Origin: the human T2T-CHM13v2.0 reference genome, Homo sapiens
Reading direction: 5' to 3' (one strand)
Assembly (NCBI RefSeq): GCF_009914755.1
Contig: NC_060948.1
DNA length: 64,000 bases
The notes under the pieces were generated by a model. That model made no database searches. It was given only the letters and a program-made list of their open reading frames with translations, and was not told the origin of the DNA. How positions within the stretch are numbered: position 1 is the stretch's first letter; each line of letters starts with the position of its first letter. This document shows, one piece after another, positions 1 through 19,385 of this stretch. A program made the translations under genes and the position numbers.

Positions 1-45
1 CCTTGCCTTGGCCTCCAAATTTGCTGGGATTACAGGCCTGAGCCA
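1..45 (-). mobile_element. Alu 5' portion, cut by the window edge
   Basis: ccttggcctccaaatttgctgggattacaggcctgagcca is the reverse complement of the Alu left-arm start. Confidence 0.9.
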
Positions 46-615
46 AGATCCATATTTTTTAAATGAAAAAAAATTTCAAAGGTACTCTGCTTGGTACAAT
101 AATCAAATGTATAAACTGAGGAATAAAACATAACCATGAAACCTACTTATAACTGCATATGGAAAATACAGAGGATAATTTTTTAAATAACATATTTTGA
201 AAGCCTTAACTAGTAATTTGAAGAGTTGGCATTTGAAAGGCCAGTATGAATATACCTTCAAAGCAGCAACACAGGTTCCCCATGAGAAAAAGCAAACACA
301 GGGAAAATAAAAACACAAAGGTTCAATCTCTTCTGACCTTTGAAAGACACAGCACAGACAGTGGTCCTTAGGACGAAGAGCAGGAGACCCCTAATTCCGT
401 CACCATGGCGATAGGGCATAAACATTGCTGGGTGAGGGCACAATCCACATTGTGAGGTCCAACTGCTGCCAGGAAGACAGGAGTGCTTTTACATAGACCG
501 AAAGGTCATTGAAGGCTCAGAGTTTTGTTTCAAGAACTGAATCCCAAGCCCACACGTTATTAGGCTGCGCTTCTTAAAACAAGTTATGAGATGGGAAAAA
601 GGGCACCCACAAACA
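46..615. repeat. HSATI-like higher-GC segment of unit 1 (recurs at about +45 to +614 from every unit start)
   Basis: Seen: ~570 bp of non-Alu, non-simple sequence between the Alu 5' end and the AT-rich block, nearly invariant across units. The HSATI label comes from the known DYZ2 composition; boundaries are approximate. Confidence 0.8.
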
Positions 616-2467
<1,852 letters not shown>

Positions 2468-4571
2468 AGATCCATATTTTTTAAATGAAAAAAAATTTCA
2501 AAGGTACTCTGCTTGGTACAATAATCAAATGTATAAACTGAGGAATAAAACATAACCATGAAACCTACTTATAACTGCATATGGAAAATACAGAGGATAA
2601 TTTTTTAAATAACATATTTTGAAAGCCTTAACTAGTAATTTGAAGAGTTGGCATTTGAAAGGCCAGTATGAATATACCTTCAAAGCAGCAACACAGGTTC
2701 CCCATGAGAAAAAGCAAACACAGGGAAAATAAAAACACAAAGGTTCAATCTCTTCTGACCTTTGAAAGACACAGCACAGACAGTGGTCCTTAGGACGAAG
2801 AGCAGGAGACCCCTAATTCCGTCACCATGGCGATAGGGCATAAACATTGCTGGGTGAGGGCACAATCCACATTGTGAGGTCCAACTGCTGCCAGGAAGAC
2901 AGGAGTGCTTTTACATAGACCGAAAGGTCATTGAAGGCTCAGAGTTTTGTTTCAAGAACTGAATCCCAAGCCCACACGTTATTAGGCTGCGCTTCTTAAA
3001 ACAAGTTATGAGATGGGAAAAAGGGCACCCACAAACATACGTATACATTATGTATATAATAATATACAGTATCATATATATAATATATATAACCTATGTA
3101 TAATATTGTTTTACATGCTGCATCTTATGTTATATATATTGTATAAAATATAATAATTGATAATATATAAGTTTTATAATTATACAATATGACATATAGT
3201 ATATATTATAATTTATGACATACATAATATATGTTATATGTCATATATAGAATATATTATACGGTTAACATACGTATTAAATATAAATTATACATTGTAT
3301 ATATTATATATAATATATCTGTTATATATAATACCCATTATGCATAATATATATATTATGTCTATGTTATATATAGTATAAAACAACATATAATAATATA
3401 TAATTGTATATATAAAATGCGACATATAATATATATTATATTTTATAACATATGTAATATATATTATATATTATATATAATACGTTGTATGTATAATACC
3501 TATATTAAATATATATTATATGACTATGTTATTAATTACATGTCACATGTGTTATATATTATATATTTTACATAGAATATACCGGTTACATACAATATAT
3601 ACTATGTTACCTATAATGTATAATTTATTACCTGTAAAATAAAGAATGCAATATATTATGTAAAATTTATAATATACCATATGTGGAATGTCATATATAT
3701 AACATATAATATATGATATATGATATACAGTATATGATATATAACATACAATATATGATTCCTAATATATATGATATACAATATATATTTTATGATATGT
3801 ATTCTATATGTTTTATATTCTGTTATATATAACTATTTGAAATTATATATAACTGTATAATATTTTATGTAAATATGTAATATAATATATATAACTATAT
3901 AATATATTATATATAACTATATATTATGTTATATATACTTTTATAACATAATTTACATAAAATATCATAATATAATATATATTATATTATTTCATATTAC
4001 ATAATATATATTACATATCACCCAATATAACTAACATACATAATATTATAATATAGATTATATTCTGTTATATTAAATATCATATATATCATGTATCATA
4101 TATTCTATAATATATATTACACATTATATAATATGTATGTTGTCTATTATGTGATATATATAACTATATATATAATTATATTTTTATACATATAACTAGA
4201 TAAACATGTAATTCTACATATTTTCATTTATAATATGTAGAATTATATAATCATATATAATTATTTATATTCTATAAAAATTTTATCATTGTATAAATTA
4301 TAATATATAAAAATTATAATATGTACTACAAATATATATATTATATATCATATATGGTATAGTACCTTTGTTATATATCATAATACATATAAATGTGTAT
4401 GATGTTATCTATAATTATATAATTTCATATATAAGATGTATAATATGTATCATATATTATATATGTTATGTAATATATATAGTATATATAAGATGACACA
4501 GGATAAATATTATATACTATGACATATAAAATATATGAGGTTATATGTTACATATAAGGCATAGCACATAA

Positions 4572-4886
<315 letters not shown>

Positions 4887-6984
4887 AGATCCATATTTTT
4901 TAAATGAAAAAAAATTTCAAAGGTACTCTGCTTGGTACAATAATCAAATGTATAAACTGAGGAATAAAACATAACCATGAAACCTACTTATAACTGCATA
5001 TGGAAAATACAGAGGATAATTTTTTAAATAACATATTTTGAAAGCCTTAACTAGTAATTTGAAGAGTTGGCATTTGAAAGGCCAGTATGAATATACCTTC
5101 AAAGCAGCAACACAGGTTCCCCATGAGAAACAGCAAACTCAGGGAAAATAAAACCACAAAGGTTCAAGCTCTTCTGACCTTTGAAAGACACAGCACAGAC
5201 AGTGGTCCTTAGGACGAAGAGCAGGAGACCCCTAATTCCGTCACCATGGCGATAGGGCATAAACATTGCTGGGTGAGGGCACAATCCACATTGTGAGGTC
5301 CAACTGCTGCCAGGAAGACAGGAGTGCTTTTACATAGACCGAAATGTCATTGAAGGCTCAGAGTTTTGTTTCAAGAACTGAATCCCAAGCCCACACGTTA
5401 TTAGGCTGCGCTTCTTAAAACAAGTTATGAGATGGGAAAAAGGGCACCCACAAACATACGTATACATTATGTATATAATAATATACAGTGTCATATATAT
5501 AATATATATAACCTATGTATAATATTGTTTTACATCCTGCATCTTATGTTATATATATTGTATAAAATATAATAATTGATAATATATAAGTTTTATAATT
5601 ATACAATATGACATATAGTATATATTATAATTTATGACATATATAATATATGTTTTATGTCATATATAGAATATATTATACGGTTAATATACGTATTAAA
5701 TATAAATTATACATTATATATATTATATATAATATATCTATTATATATAATACACATTATGCATAATATATATATTATGTCTATGTTATATATAGTATAA
5801 AACAACATATAATAATATATAATTGTATATATAAAATGCGACATATAATATATATTATATTTTATAACATATGTAATATATATTATATATAATACGTTGT
5901 ATGTATAATACCTACATTAAATATATATTATATGACTATGTTATTAATTACATGTCACATGTGTTATATATTATATATTTTACATAGAATATACCGGTTA
6001 CATACAATATATACTATGTTACCTATAATGTATAATTTATTACATGTAAAATAAAGAATGCAATATATTATGTATAATTTATAATATACAATATGTGGAA
6101 TGTGATATATATAACATATAATATATGATATATGATATACAGTATATGATATATAACATACAATATATGATTCCTAATATATATGATATACAATATATAT
6201 TTTATGATATGTATTCTATATGTTTTATATTCTGTTATATATAACTATTTGAAATTATATATAACTGTATATTATTTTATGTAAATATGTAATATAATAT
6301 ATATAATTATATAATATATTATATATAACTATATATTATGTTATATATACTTTTATAACATAATTTACATAAAATATCATAATATAATATATATTATATT
6401 ATTTCATATTACATAATATATATTACATATCACCCAATATAACTAACATACATAATATTATAATATAGATTATATTATGTTATATTAAATATCATATATA
6501 TCATGTATCATATGTTCTATAATATATATTACACATTATATAATATGTATGTTGTCTATTATGTGATATATATAACTATATATATAATTATATTTTTATA
6601 CATATAACTAGATAAACATGTAATTCTACATATTTTCATTTATAATATGTAGAATTATATAATCATATATAATTATTTATATTCTATAAAAAATTTTATC
6701 ATTGTATAAATTATAATATATAAAAATTATAATATGTACTACAAATATATATATTATATATCATATATGGTATAGTACCTTTGTTATATATCATAATACA
6801 TATAAATGTGTATGATGTTATCTATAATTATATAATTTCATATATAAGATGTATAATATGTATCATATATTATATATGTTATGTAATATATATAGTATAT
6901 ATAAGATGACACAGGATAAATATTATATACTATGACATATAAAATATATGAGGTTATATGTTACATATAAGGCATAGCACATAA

Positions 6985-7299
<315 letters not shown>

Positions 7300-9426
7300 A
7301 GATCCATATTTTTTAAATGAAAAAAAATTTCAAAGGTACTCTACTTGGTACAATAATCAAATGTATAAACTGAGGAATAAAACATAACCATGAAACCTAC
7401 TTATAACTGCATATGGAAAATACAGAGGATAATTTTTTAAATAACATATTTTGAAAGCCTTAACTAGTAATTTGAAGAGTTGGCATTTGAAAGGCCAGTA
7501 TGAATATACCTTCAAAGCAGCAACACAGGTTCCCCATGAGAAAGAGCAAACTCAGGGAAAATAAAACCACAAAGGTTCAAGCTCTTCTGACCTTTGAAAG
7601 ACACAGCACAGACAGTGGTCCTTAGGACGAAGAGCAGGAGACCCCTAATTCCGTCACCATGGCGATAGGGCATAAACATTGCTGGGTGAGGGCACAATCC
7701 ACATTGTGAGGTCCAACTGCTGCCAGGAAGACAGGAGTGCTTTTACATAGACCGAAATGTCATTGAAGGCTCAGAGTTTTGTTTCAAGAACTGAATCCCA
7801 AGCCCACACGTTATTAGGCTGCGCTTCTTAAAACAAGTTATGAGATGGGAAAAAGGGCACCCACAAACATACGTATACATTATGTATATAATAATATACA
7901 GTGTCATATATATAATATATATAACCTATGTATAATATTGTTTTACATCCTGCATCTTATGTTATATATATTGTATAAAATATAATAATTGATAATATAT
8001 AAGTTTTATAATTATACAATATGACATATAGTATATATTATAATTTATGACATATATAATATATGTTTTATGTCATATATAGAATATATTATACGGTTAA
8101 TATACGTATTAAATATAAATTATACATTATATATATTATATATAATATATCTGTTATATATAATACCCATTATGCATAATATGTATATTATGTCTATGTT
8201 ATATATAGTATAAAACAACATATAATAATATATAATTGTATATATAAAATGCGACATATAATATATATTATATTTTATGACATATGTAATATATATTATA
8301 TATTATATATAATACGTTGTATGTATAATACCTATATTAAATATATATTATATGACTATGTTATTAATTACATGTCACATGTGTTATATATTATATATTT
8401 TACATAGAATATACCGGTTACGTACAATATATACTATGTTACCTATAATGTATAATTGATTACATGTAAAATAAAGAATGCAATATATTATGTATAATTT
8501 ATAATATACAATATGTGGAATGTGATATATATAACATATAATATATGATATATGATATACAGTATATGATATATAACTTACAATATATGATACCTAGTAT
8601 ATATGGTATACAACATATATTTTATGATATGTATTCTATATGTTTTATATTCTGTTATATATAACTATTTGAAATTATATATAACTGTATAATATTTTAT
8701 GTAAATATGTAATATAATATATATAACTATATAATATGTTATATATAACTATATATTATGTAATATATACTTTTATATCATAATTTACATAAAATGACAT
8801 AAAATAATATATATTATATTATTTCATATTACATAATATATATTACATATCACCCAATATAAGTAACATACATAATATTATAATATAGATTATATTATGT
8901 TATGTTAAATATCATATATATCATGTATCATATATTCTATAATATATATTATACATTATATAATATGTATGTTGTCTATTATGTGATATATATAACTATA
9001 TATTATTATATTATTATACATATAACTAGATAAACATGTAATTCTACATATTTTCATTTATAATATATAGAATTCTATAATCATATATAATTATTCATAT
9101 TCTATAAAAAATTATATCATTATATAAATTATAATATAAAAAAATTATAATATGTACTACAAATATATATATTATATATCATATATGATATAGTACCTTT
9201 GTTATATATCACAATACATATAAATGTGTATTATGTTATCTATAATTATATAATTTCATATATAAGATGTATAATATGTATTATATATTGTATATGTTAT
9301 GTAATATATATAGTATATATAAGCTGACACAGGATAAATATTATATACTATGACATATAAAATATATGAGGTTATATGTTACATATAAGGCATAGCACAT
9401 AACATGTAATATATATCATATATATA

Positions 9427-9716
9427 TTTTTTTAGACAGAGTCTTGTCGTGTTGCACAGGGTGGAGTACAATGGCGCCACCTTTGCTCACTGCAACATCT
9501 GCCTCACGGGTTCAAGCGATTGTCCTCCCTCAGCCTCCCAGGTAGCTGGGACTACACCACACTGGGAGTACACCAGCTGCCACCATGCCTAGCTAATTTT
9601 TTGGATTTTTAGTAGTGACAGCGTTTCACTGTATTGGCCAGGATGGTCTTGATCTCTTCACCTTGTGATCCCCTTGCCTTGGCCTCCAAATTTGCTGGGA
9701 TTACAGGCCTGAGCCA
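9427..9716 (-). mobile_element. Degenerate Alu copy (U4, variant type, shorter T run)
   Basis: Same element with variant sites (gagtcttgtcgtg, ggtggagtac, gggttcaag). Confidence 0.93.
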
Positions 9717-11821
9717 AGATCCATATTTTTTAAATGAAAAAAAATTTCAAAGGTACTCTGCTTGGTACAATAATCAAATGTATAAACTGAGGAATAAAAC
9801 ATAACCATGAAACCTACTTATAACTGCATATGGAAAATACAGAGGATAATTTTTTAAATAACATATTTTGAAAGCCTTAACTAGTAATTTGAAGAGTTGG
9901 CATTTGAAAGGCCAGTATGAATATACCTTCAAAGCAGCAACACAGGTTCCCCATGAAAAAGAGCAAACTCAGGGAAAATAAAAACACAAAGGTTCAATCT
10001 CTTCTGACCTTTGAAAGACACAGCACAGACAGTGGTCCTTAGGACGAAGAGCAGGAGACCCCTAATTCCGTCACCATGGCGATAGGGCATAAACATTGCT
10101 GGGTGAGGGCACAATCCACATTGTGAGGTCCAACTGCTGCCAGGAAGACAGGAGTGCTTTTACATAGACCGAAATGTCATTGAAGGCTCAGAGTTTTGTT
10201 TCAAGAACTGAATCCCAAGCCCACACGTTATTAGGCTGCGCTTCTTAAAACAAGTTATGAGATGGGAAAAAGGGCACCCACAAACATACGTATACATTAT
10301 GTATATAATAATATACAGTATCATATATATAATATATATAACCTATGTATAATATTGTTTTACATCCTGCATCTTATATTATATATATTGTCTAAAATAT
10401 AATAATTGATAATATATAAGTTTTATATTTATACAATATGACACATAGTATATATTATAATTTATGACATATATAATATATGTTATATATCATATATAGA
10501 ATATATTATACGGTTAATATACGTATTAAATATAAATTATACATTATATATATTATATATAATATATCTGTTATATATAATACCCATTATGCATAATATG
10601 TATATTATGTCTATGTTATATATAGTATAAAACAACATATAATAATATATAATTGTATATATAAAATGCGACATATAATATATATTATATTTTATAACAT
10701 GTGAAATATATATTATATATTATATATAATACGCTGTATGTATAATACCTATATTAAATATATATTATATGACTATGTTATTAATTACATGTCACATGTG
10801 TTATATATTATATATTTTACATAGAATATACCGGTTACATACAATATATACTATGTTACCTATAATGTATTATTTATTAAATGTAAAATAAAGAATGCAA
10901 TATATTATGTATAATTTATAATATACCATATGTGGAATGTCATATATATAACATATAATATATGATATATGATATACAGTATATGATATATAACATACAA
11001 TATATGATTCCTAATACATATGGTATACAATATATATTTTATGATATGTATTCTATATGTTTTATATTCTGTTATATATAACTATTTGAAATTATATATA
11101 ACTGTATAATATTTTATGTAAATATGTAATATAATATATATAACTATATAATATATTATATATAACTATATATTATGTTATATATACTTTTATAACATAA
11201 TTTACATAAAATATCATAATATAATATATATTATATTATTTAATATTACATAATATATATTACATTTCACCCAATATAACTAACATACATAATATTATAA
11301 TATAGATTATATTATGTTATATTAAATATCATATATATCATGTATCATATATTCTATAATATATATTACACATTATATAATATGTATGTTGTCTATTATG
11401 TGATATATATAACTCTATATATAATTATATTTTTATACATATAACTAGATAAACATGTAATTCTACATATTTTCATTTATAATATGTAGAATTATATAAT
11501 CATATATAATTATTTATATTCTATAAAAAATTTTATCATTATATAAATTATAATATATAAAAATTATAATATGTACTACAAATATATATATTATATATCA
11601 TATATGATATAGTACCTTTGTTATATATCATAATACATATAAATGTGTATTATGTTATCTATAATTATATAATTTCATATATAAGATGTATAATATGTAT
11701 CATATATTATATATGTTATGTAATATATGTAGTATATATAAGATGACACAGGATAAATATTATATACTATGACATATAAAATATATCAGGTTATATGTTA
11801 CATATAAGGCATAGCACATAA

Positions 11822-12136
<315 letters not shown>

Positions 12137-14261
12137 AGATCCATATTTTTTAAATGAAAAAAAATTTCAAAGGTACTCTGCTTGGTACAATAATCAAATG
12201 TATAAACTGAGGAATAAAACATAACCATGAAACCTACTTATAACTGCATATGGAAAATACAGAGGATAATTTTTTAAATAACATATTTTGAAAGCCTTAA
12301 CTAGTAATTTGAAGAGTTGGCATTTGAAAGGCCAGTATGAATATACCTTCAAAGCAGCAACACAGGTTCCCCATGAGAAACAGCAAACTCAGGGAAAATA
12401 AAACCACAAAGGTTCAAGCTCTTCTGACCTTTGAAAGACACAGCACAGACAGTGGTCCTTAGGACGAAGAGCAGGAGACCCCTAATTCCGTCACCATGGC
12501 GATAGGGCATAAACATTGCTGGGTGAGGGCACAATCCACATTGTGAGGTCCAACTGCTGCCAGGAAGACAGGAGTGCTTTTACATAGACCGAAAGGTCAT
12601 TGAAGGCTCAGAGTTTTGTTTCAAGAACTGAATCCCAAGCCCACACTTTATTAGGCTGCGCTTCTTAAAACAAGTTATGAGATGGGAAAAAGGGCACCCA
12701 CAAACATACGTATACATTATGTATATAATAATATACAGTATCAAATATATAATATATATAACCTATGTATAATATTGTTTTACATCCTGCATCTTATATT
12801 ATATATATTGTCTAAAATATAATAATTGATAATATATAAGTTTTATATTTATACAATATGACATATAGTATATATTTTAATTTATGACATATATAATATA
12901 TGTTATATATCATATATAGAATATATTATACGGTTAATATACGTATTAAATATAAATTTTACATTATATATATGATATATAATATATCTGTTATATATAA
13001 TACCCATTATGCATAATATGTATATTATGTCTATGTTATATATAGTATAAAACAACATATAATAATATATAATTGTATATATAAAATGTGACATATAATA
13101 TATATTATATTTTATGACATATGTAATATATATTATATATTATATATAATACGTTGTATGTATAATACCTATATTAAATATATATTATATGACTATGTTA
13201 TTAATTACATGTCACATGTGTTATATATCATATATTTTACATAGAATATACCGGTTACATACAATATATACTATGTTACCTATAATGTATAATTGATTAC
13301 ATGTAAAATAAAGAATGCAATATATTATGTATAATTTATAATATACAATATGTGGAATGTGATATATATAACATATAATATATGATATATGATATACAGT
13401 ATATGATATATAACATACAATATATGATACCTAGTATATATGGTATACAATATATATTTTATGATATGTATTCTATATGTTTTATATTCTGTTATATATA
13501 ACTATTTGAAATTATATATAACTGTATAATATTTTATGTAAATATGTAATATAATATATATAACTATATAATATATTATATATAACTATATATTATGTTA
13601 TATATACTTTTATATCATAATTTACATAAAATGTCATAATATAATATATATTATATTATTTCATATTACATAATATATATTACATATCACCCAATATAAG
13701 TAACATACATAATATTATAATATAGATTATATTATGTTATGTTAAATATCATATATATCATGTATCATATATTCTATAATATATATTATACATTATATAA
13801 TATGTATGTTGTCTATTATGTGATATATATAACTATATATTATTATATTATTATACATATAACTAGATAAACATGTAATTCTACATATTTTCATTTATAA
13901 TATATAGAATTATATAATCATATATAATTATTTATATTCTATAAAAAATTATATCATTATATAAATTATAATATAAAAAATTATAATATGTACTACAAAT
14001 ATATATATTATATATCATATATGATATAGTACCTTTGTTATATATCATAATACATATAAATGTGTATTATGTTATCTATAATTATATAATTTCATATATA
14101 AGATGTATAATATGTATTATATATTGTATATGTTATGTAATATATATAGTATGTATAAGCTGACATAGGATAAATATTATATACTATGACATATAAAATA
14201 TATGAGGTTATATGTTACATATAAGGCATAGCACATAACATGTAATATATATCATATATAA

Positions 14262-14553
14262 TTTTTTTTTAGACAGAGTCTTGTCGTGTTGCACAGGGTG
14301 AAGTACAATGGCGCCATCTTTGCTCACTGCAACATCTGCCTCACGGGTCCAAGCGATTGTCCTCACTCAACCTCTCAGGTAGCTGGGAGTACACCACACT
14401 GGGACTACACCAGCTGCCACCATGCCTAGCTAATTTTTTGGATTTTTAGTAGTGACAGCCTTTCACTGTATTGGCCAGGATGGTCTTGATCTCTTCACCT
14501 TGTGATCCCCTTGCCTTGGCCTCCAAAATTGCTGGGATTACAGGCCTGAGCCA
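14262..14553 (-). mobile_element. Degenerate Alu copy (U6, variant type)
   Basis: Same element with gagtcttgtcgtg, ggtgaagtac and caacctctcagg variants. Confidence 0.93.
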
Positions 14554-16679
14554 AGATCCATATTTTTTAAATGAAAAAAAATTTCAAAGGTACTCTGCTT
14601 GGTACAATAATCAAATGTATAAACTGAGGAATAAAACATAACCATGAAACCTACTTATAACTGCATATGGAAAATACAGAGGATAATTTTTTAAATAACA
14701 TATTTTGAAAGCCTTAACTAGTAATTTGAAGAGTTGGCATTTGAAAGGCCAGTATGAATATACCTTCAAAGCAGCAACACAGGTTCCCCATGAGAAACAG
14801 CAAACTCAGGGAAAATAAAACCACAAAGGTTCAAGCTCTTCTGACCTTTGAAAGACACAGCACAGACAGTGGTCCTTAGGACGAAGAGCAGGAGACCCCT
14901 AATTCCGTCACCATGGCGATAGGGCATAAACATTGCTGGGTGAGGGCACAATCCACATTGTGAGGTCCAACTGCTGCCAGGAAGACAGGAGTGCTTTTAC
15001 ATAGACCGAAAGGTCATTGAAGGCTCAGAGTTTTGTTTCAAGAACTGAATCCCAAGCCCACACTTTATTAGGCTGCGCTTCTTAAAACAAGTTATGAGAT
15101 GGGAAAAAGGGCACCCACAAACATACGTATACATTATGTATATAATAATATACAGTATCAAATATATAATATATATAACCTATGTATAATATTGTTTTAC
15201 ATCCTGCATCTTATATTATATATATTGTCTAAAATATAATAATTGATAATATATAAGTTTTATATTTATACAATATGATATATAGTATATATTTTAATTT
15301 ATGACATATATAATATATGTTATATATCATATATAGAATATATTATACGGTTAATATACGTATTAAATATAAATTATACATTATATATATGATATATAAT
15401 ATATCTGTTATATATAATACCCATTATGCATAATATGTATATTATGTCTATGTTATATATAGTATAAAACAACATATAATAATATATAATTGTATATATA
15501 AAATGCGACATATAATATATATTATATTTTATGACATATGTAATATATATTATATATTATATATAATACGTTGTATGTATAATACCTATATTAAATATAT
15601 ATTATATGACTATGTTATTAATTACATGTCACATGTGTTATATATCATATATTTTACATAGAATATACCGGTTACATACAATATATACTATGTTACCTAT
15701 AATGTATAATTGATTACATGTAAAATAAAGAATGCAATATATTATGTATAATTTATAATATACAATATGTGGAATGTGATATATATAACATATAATATAT
15801 GATATATGATATACAGTATATGATATATAACATACAATATATGATACCTAGTATATATGGTATACAATATATATTTTATGATATGTATTCTATATGTTTT
15901 ATATTCTGTTATATATAACTATTTGAAATTATATATAACTGTATAATATTTTATGTAAATATGTAATATAATATATATAACTATATAATATATTATATAT
16001 AACTATATATTATGTTATATATACTTTTATATCATAATTTACATAAAATGTCATAATATAATATATATTATATTATTTCATATTACATAATATATATTAC
16101 ATATCACCCAATATAAGTAACATACATAATATTATAATATAGATTATATTATGTTATGTTAGATATCATATATATCATGTATCATATATTCTATAATATA
16201 TATTATACATTATATAATATGTATGTTGTCTATTATGTGATATATATAACTATATATTATTATATTATTATACATATAACTAGATAAACATGTAATTCTA
16301 CATATTTTCATTTATAATATATAGAATTATATAATCATATATAATTATTTATATTCTATAAAAAATTATATCATTATATAAATTATAATATAAAAAAATT
16401 ATAATATGTACTACAAATATATATATTATATATCATATATGATATAGTACCTTTGTTATATATCATAATACATATAAATGTGTATTATGCTATCTATAAT
16501 TATATAATTTCATATATAAGATGTATAATATGTATTATATATTGTATATGTTATGTAATATATATAGTATATATAAGCTGACACAGGATAAATATTATAT
16601 ACTATGACATATAAAGTATATGAGGTTATATGTTACATATAAGGCATAGCACATAACATGTAATATATATCATATATAA

Positions 16680-16971
16680 TTTTTTTTTAGACAGAGTCTT
16701 GTCGTGTTGCACAGGGTGAAGTACAATGGCGCCATCTTTGCTCACTGCAACATCTGCCTCACGGGTCCAAGCGATTGTCCTCCCTCAACCTCTCAGGTAG
16801 CTGGGAGTACACCACACTGGGACTACACCAGCTGCCACCATGCCTAGCTAATTTTTTGGATTTTTCGTAGTGACAGCGTTTCACTGTATTGGCCACGATG
16901 GTCTTGATCTCTTCACCTTGTGATCCCCTTGCCTTGGCCTCCAAATTTGCTGGGATTACAGGCCTGAGCCA
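16680..16971 (-). mobile_element. Degenerate Alu copy (U7, variant type)
   Basis: Shares the U6 variant set. Confidence 0.93.
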
Positions 16972-19093
16972 AGATCCATATTTTTTAAATGAAAAAAAAT
17001 TTCAAAGGTACTCTGCTTGGTACAATAATCAAATGTATAAACTGAGGAATAAAACATAACCATGAAACCTACTTATAACTGCATATGGAAAATACAGAGG
17101 ATAATTTTTTAAATAACATATTTTGAAAGCCTTAACTAGTAATTTGAAGAGTTGGCATTTGAAAGGCCAGTATGAATATACCTTCAAAGCAGCAACACAG
17201 GTTCCCCATGAGAAACAGCAAACTCAGGGAAAATAAAACCACAAAGGTTCAAGCTCTTCTGACCTTTGAAAGACACAGCACAGACAGTGGTCCTTAGGAC
17301 GAAGAGCAGGAGACCCCTAATTCCGTCACCATGGCGATAGGGCATAAACATTGCTGGGTGAGGGCACAATCCACATTGTGAGGTCCAACTGCTGCCAGGA
17401 AGACAGGAGTGCTTTTACATAGACCGAAAGGTCATTGAAGGCTCAGAGTTTTGTTTCAAGAACTGAATCCCAAGCCCACACGTTATTAGGCTGCGCTTCT
17501 TAAAACAAGTTATGAGATGGGAAAAAGGGCACCCACAAACATACGTATACATTATGTATATAATAATATACAGTATCATATATATAATATATATAACCTA
17601 TGTATAATATTGTTTTACATCCTGCATCTTATATTATATATATTGTCTAAAATATAATAATTGATAATATATAAGTTTTATATTTATACAATATGACATA
17701 TAGTATATATTATAATTTATGACATATATAATATATGTTATATATCATATATAGAATATATTATACGGTTAATATACGTATTAAATATAAATTATACATT
17801 ATATGATATATAATATATCTGTTATATATAATACCCATTATGCATAATATGTATATTATGTCTATGTTATATATAGTATAAAACAACATATAATAATATA
17901 TAATTGTATATATAAAATGCGACATATAATATATATTATATTTTATGACATATGTAATATATATTATATATTATATATAATGCGTTGTATGTATAATACC
18001 TATATTAAATATATATTATATGACTATGTTATTAATTACATGTCACATGTGTTATATATTATATATTTTACATAGAATATACCGGTTACATACAATATAT
18101 ACTATGTTACCTATAATGTATAATTGATTATATGTAAAATAAAGAATGCAATATATTATGTATAATTTATAATATACAATATGTGGAATGTGATATATAT
18201 AACATATAATATATGATATATGATATACAGTATATGATATATAACATACAATATATGATACCTAGTATATATGGTATACAATATATATTTTATGATATGT
18301 ATTCTATATGTTTTATATTCTGTTATATATAACTATTTGAAATTATATATAACTGTATAATATTTTATGTAAATATGTAATATAATATATATAACTATAT
18401 AATATATTATATATAACTATATATTATGTTATATATACTTTTATATCATAATTTACATAAAATGTCATAATAAAATATATATTATATTATTTCATATTAC
18501 ATAATATATATTACATATCACCCAATATAAGTAACATACATAATATTATAATATAGATTATATTATGTTATGTTAAATATCATATATATCATGTATCATA
18601 TATTCTATAATATATATTATATATTATATAATATGAATGTTGTCTATTATGTGATATATATAACTATATATTATTATATTATTATACATATAACTAGATA
18701 AACATGTAATTCTACATATTTTCATTTATAATATATAGAATTATATAATCATATATAATTATTTATATTCTATAAAAAATTATATCATTATATAAATTAT
18801 AATATAAAAAAATTATAATATGTACTACAAATATATATATTATATATCATATATGATATAGTACCTTTGTTATATATCATAATACATATAAATGTGTATT
18901 ATGCTATCTATAATTATATAATTTCATATATAAGATGTATAATATGTATTATATATTGTATATGTTATGTAATATATATAGTATATATAAGCTGACACAG
19001 GATAAATATTATATACTATGACATATAAAATATATGAGGTTATATGTTACATATAAGGCATAGCACATAACATGTAATATATATCATATATAA

Positions 19094-19385
19094 TTTTTTT
19101 TTAGACAGAGTCTTGTCGTGTTGCACAGGGTGAAGTACAATGGCGCCATCTTTGCTCACTGCAACATCTGCCTCACGGGTCCAAGCGATTGTCCTCCCTC
19201 AACCTCTCAGGTAGCTGGGAGTACACCACACTGGGACTACACCAGCTGCCACCATGCCTAGCTAATTTTTTGGATTTTTAGTAGTGACAGCGTTTCACTG
19301 TATTGGCCAGGATGGTCTTGATCTCTTCACCTTGTGATCCCCTTGCCTTGGCCTCCAAATTTGCTGGGATTACAGGCCTGAGCCA
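19094..19385 (-). mobile_element. Degenerate Alu copy (U8, variant type)
   Basis: Shares the U6 variant set. Confidence 0.93.

Noticed and set aside
103-443. Recurrent 71-aa (MCFYFP...) and 61-aa (MCPHPA...) minus-strand ORFs in most units
   Set aside because: They start at non-ATG codons, resemble no protein family I recognise, and recur only because the DNA is tandemly repeated. The 71-aa frame is broken by a stop in U3-U9.
318-510. Nuclear-receptor-like half sites (ggttca...tgacct, aggtca) and a small hairpin cacaat-ccac-attgtg
   Set aside because: Matches of 6-8 bp are expected by chance, and their conservation across units reflects amplification only.
16759-16944. 61-aa ORF MEAKARG...
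   Set aside because: A reading frame through the U7 Alu, opened by a private SNV and starting at TTG; not a gene.
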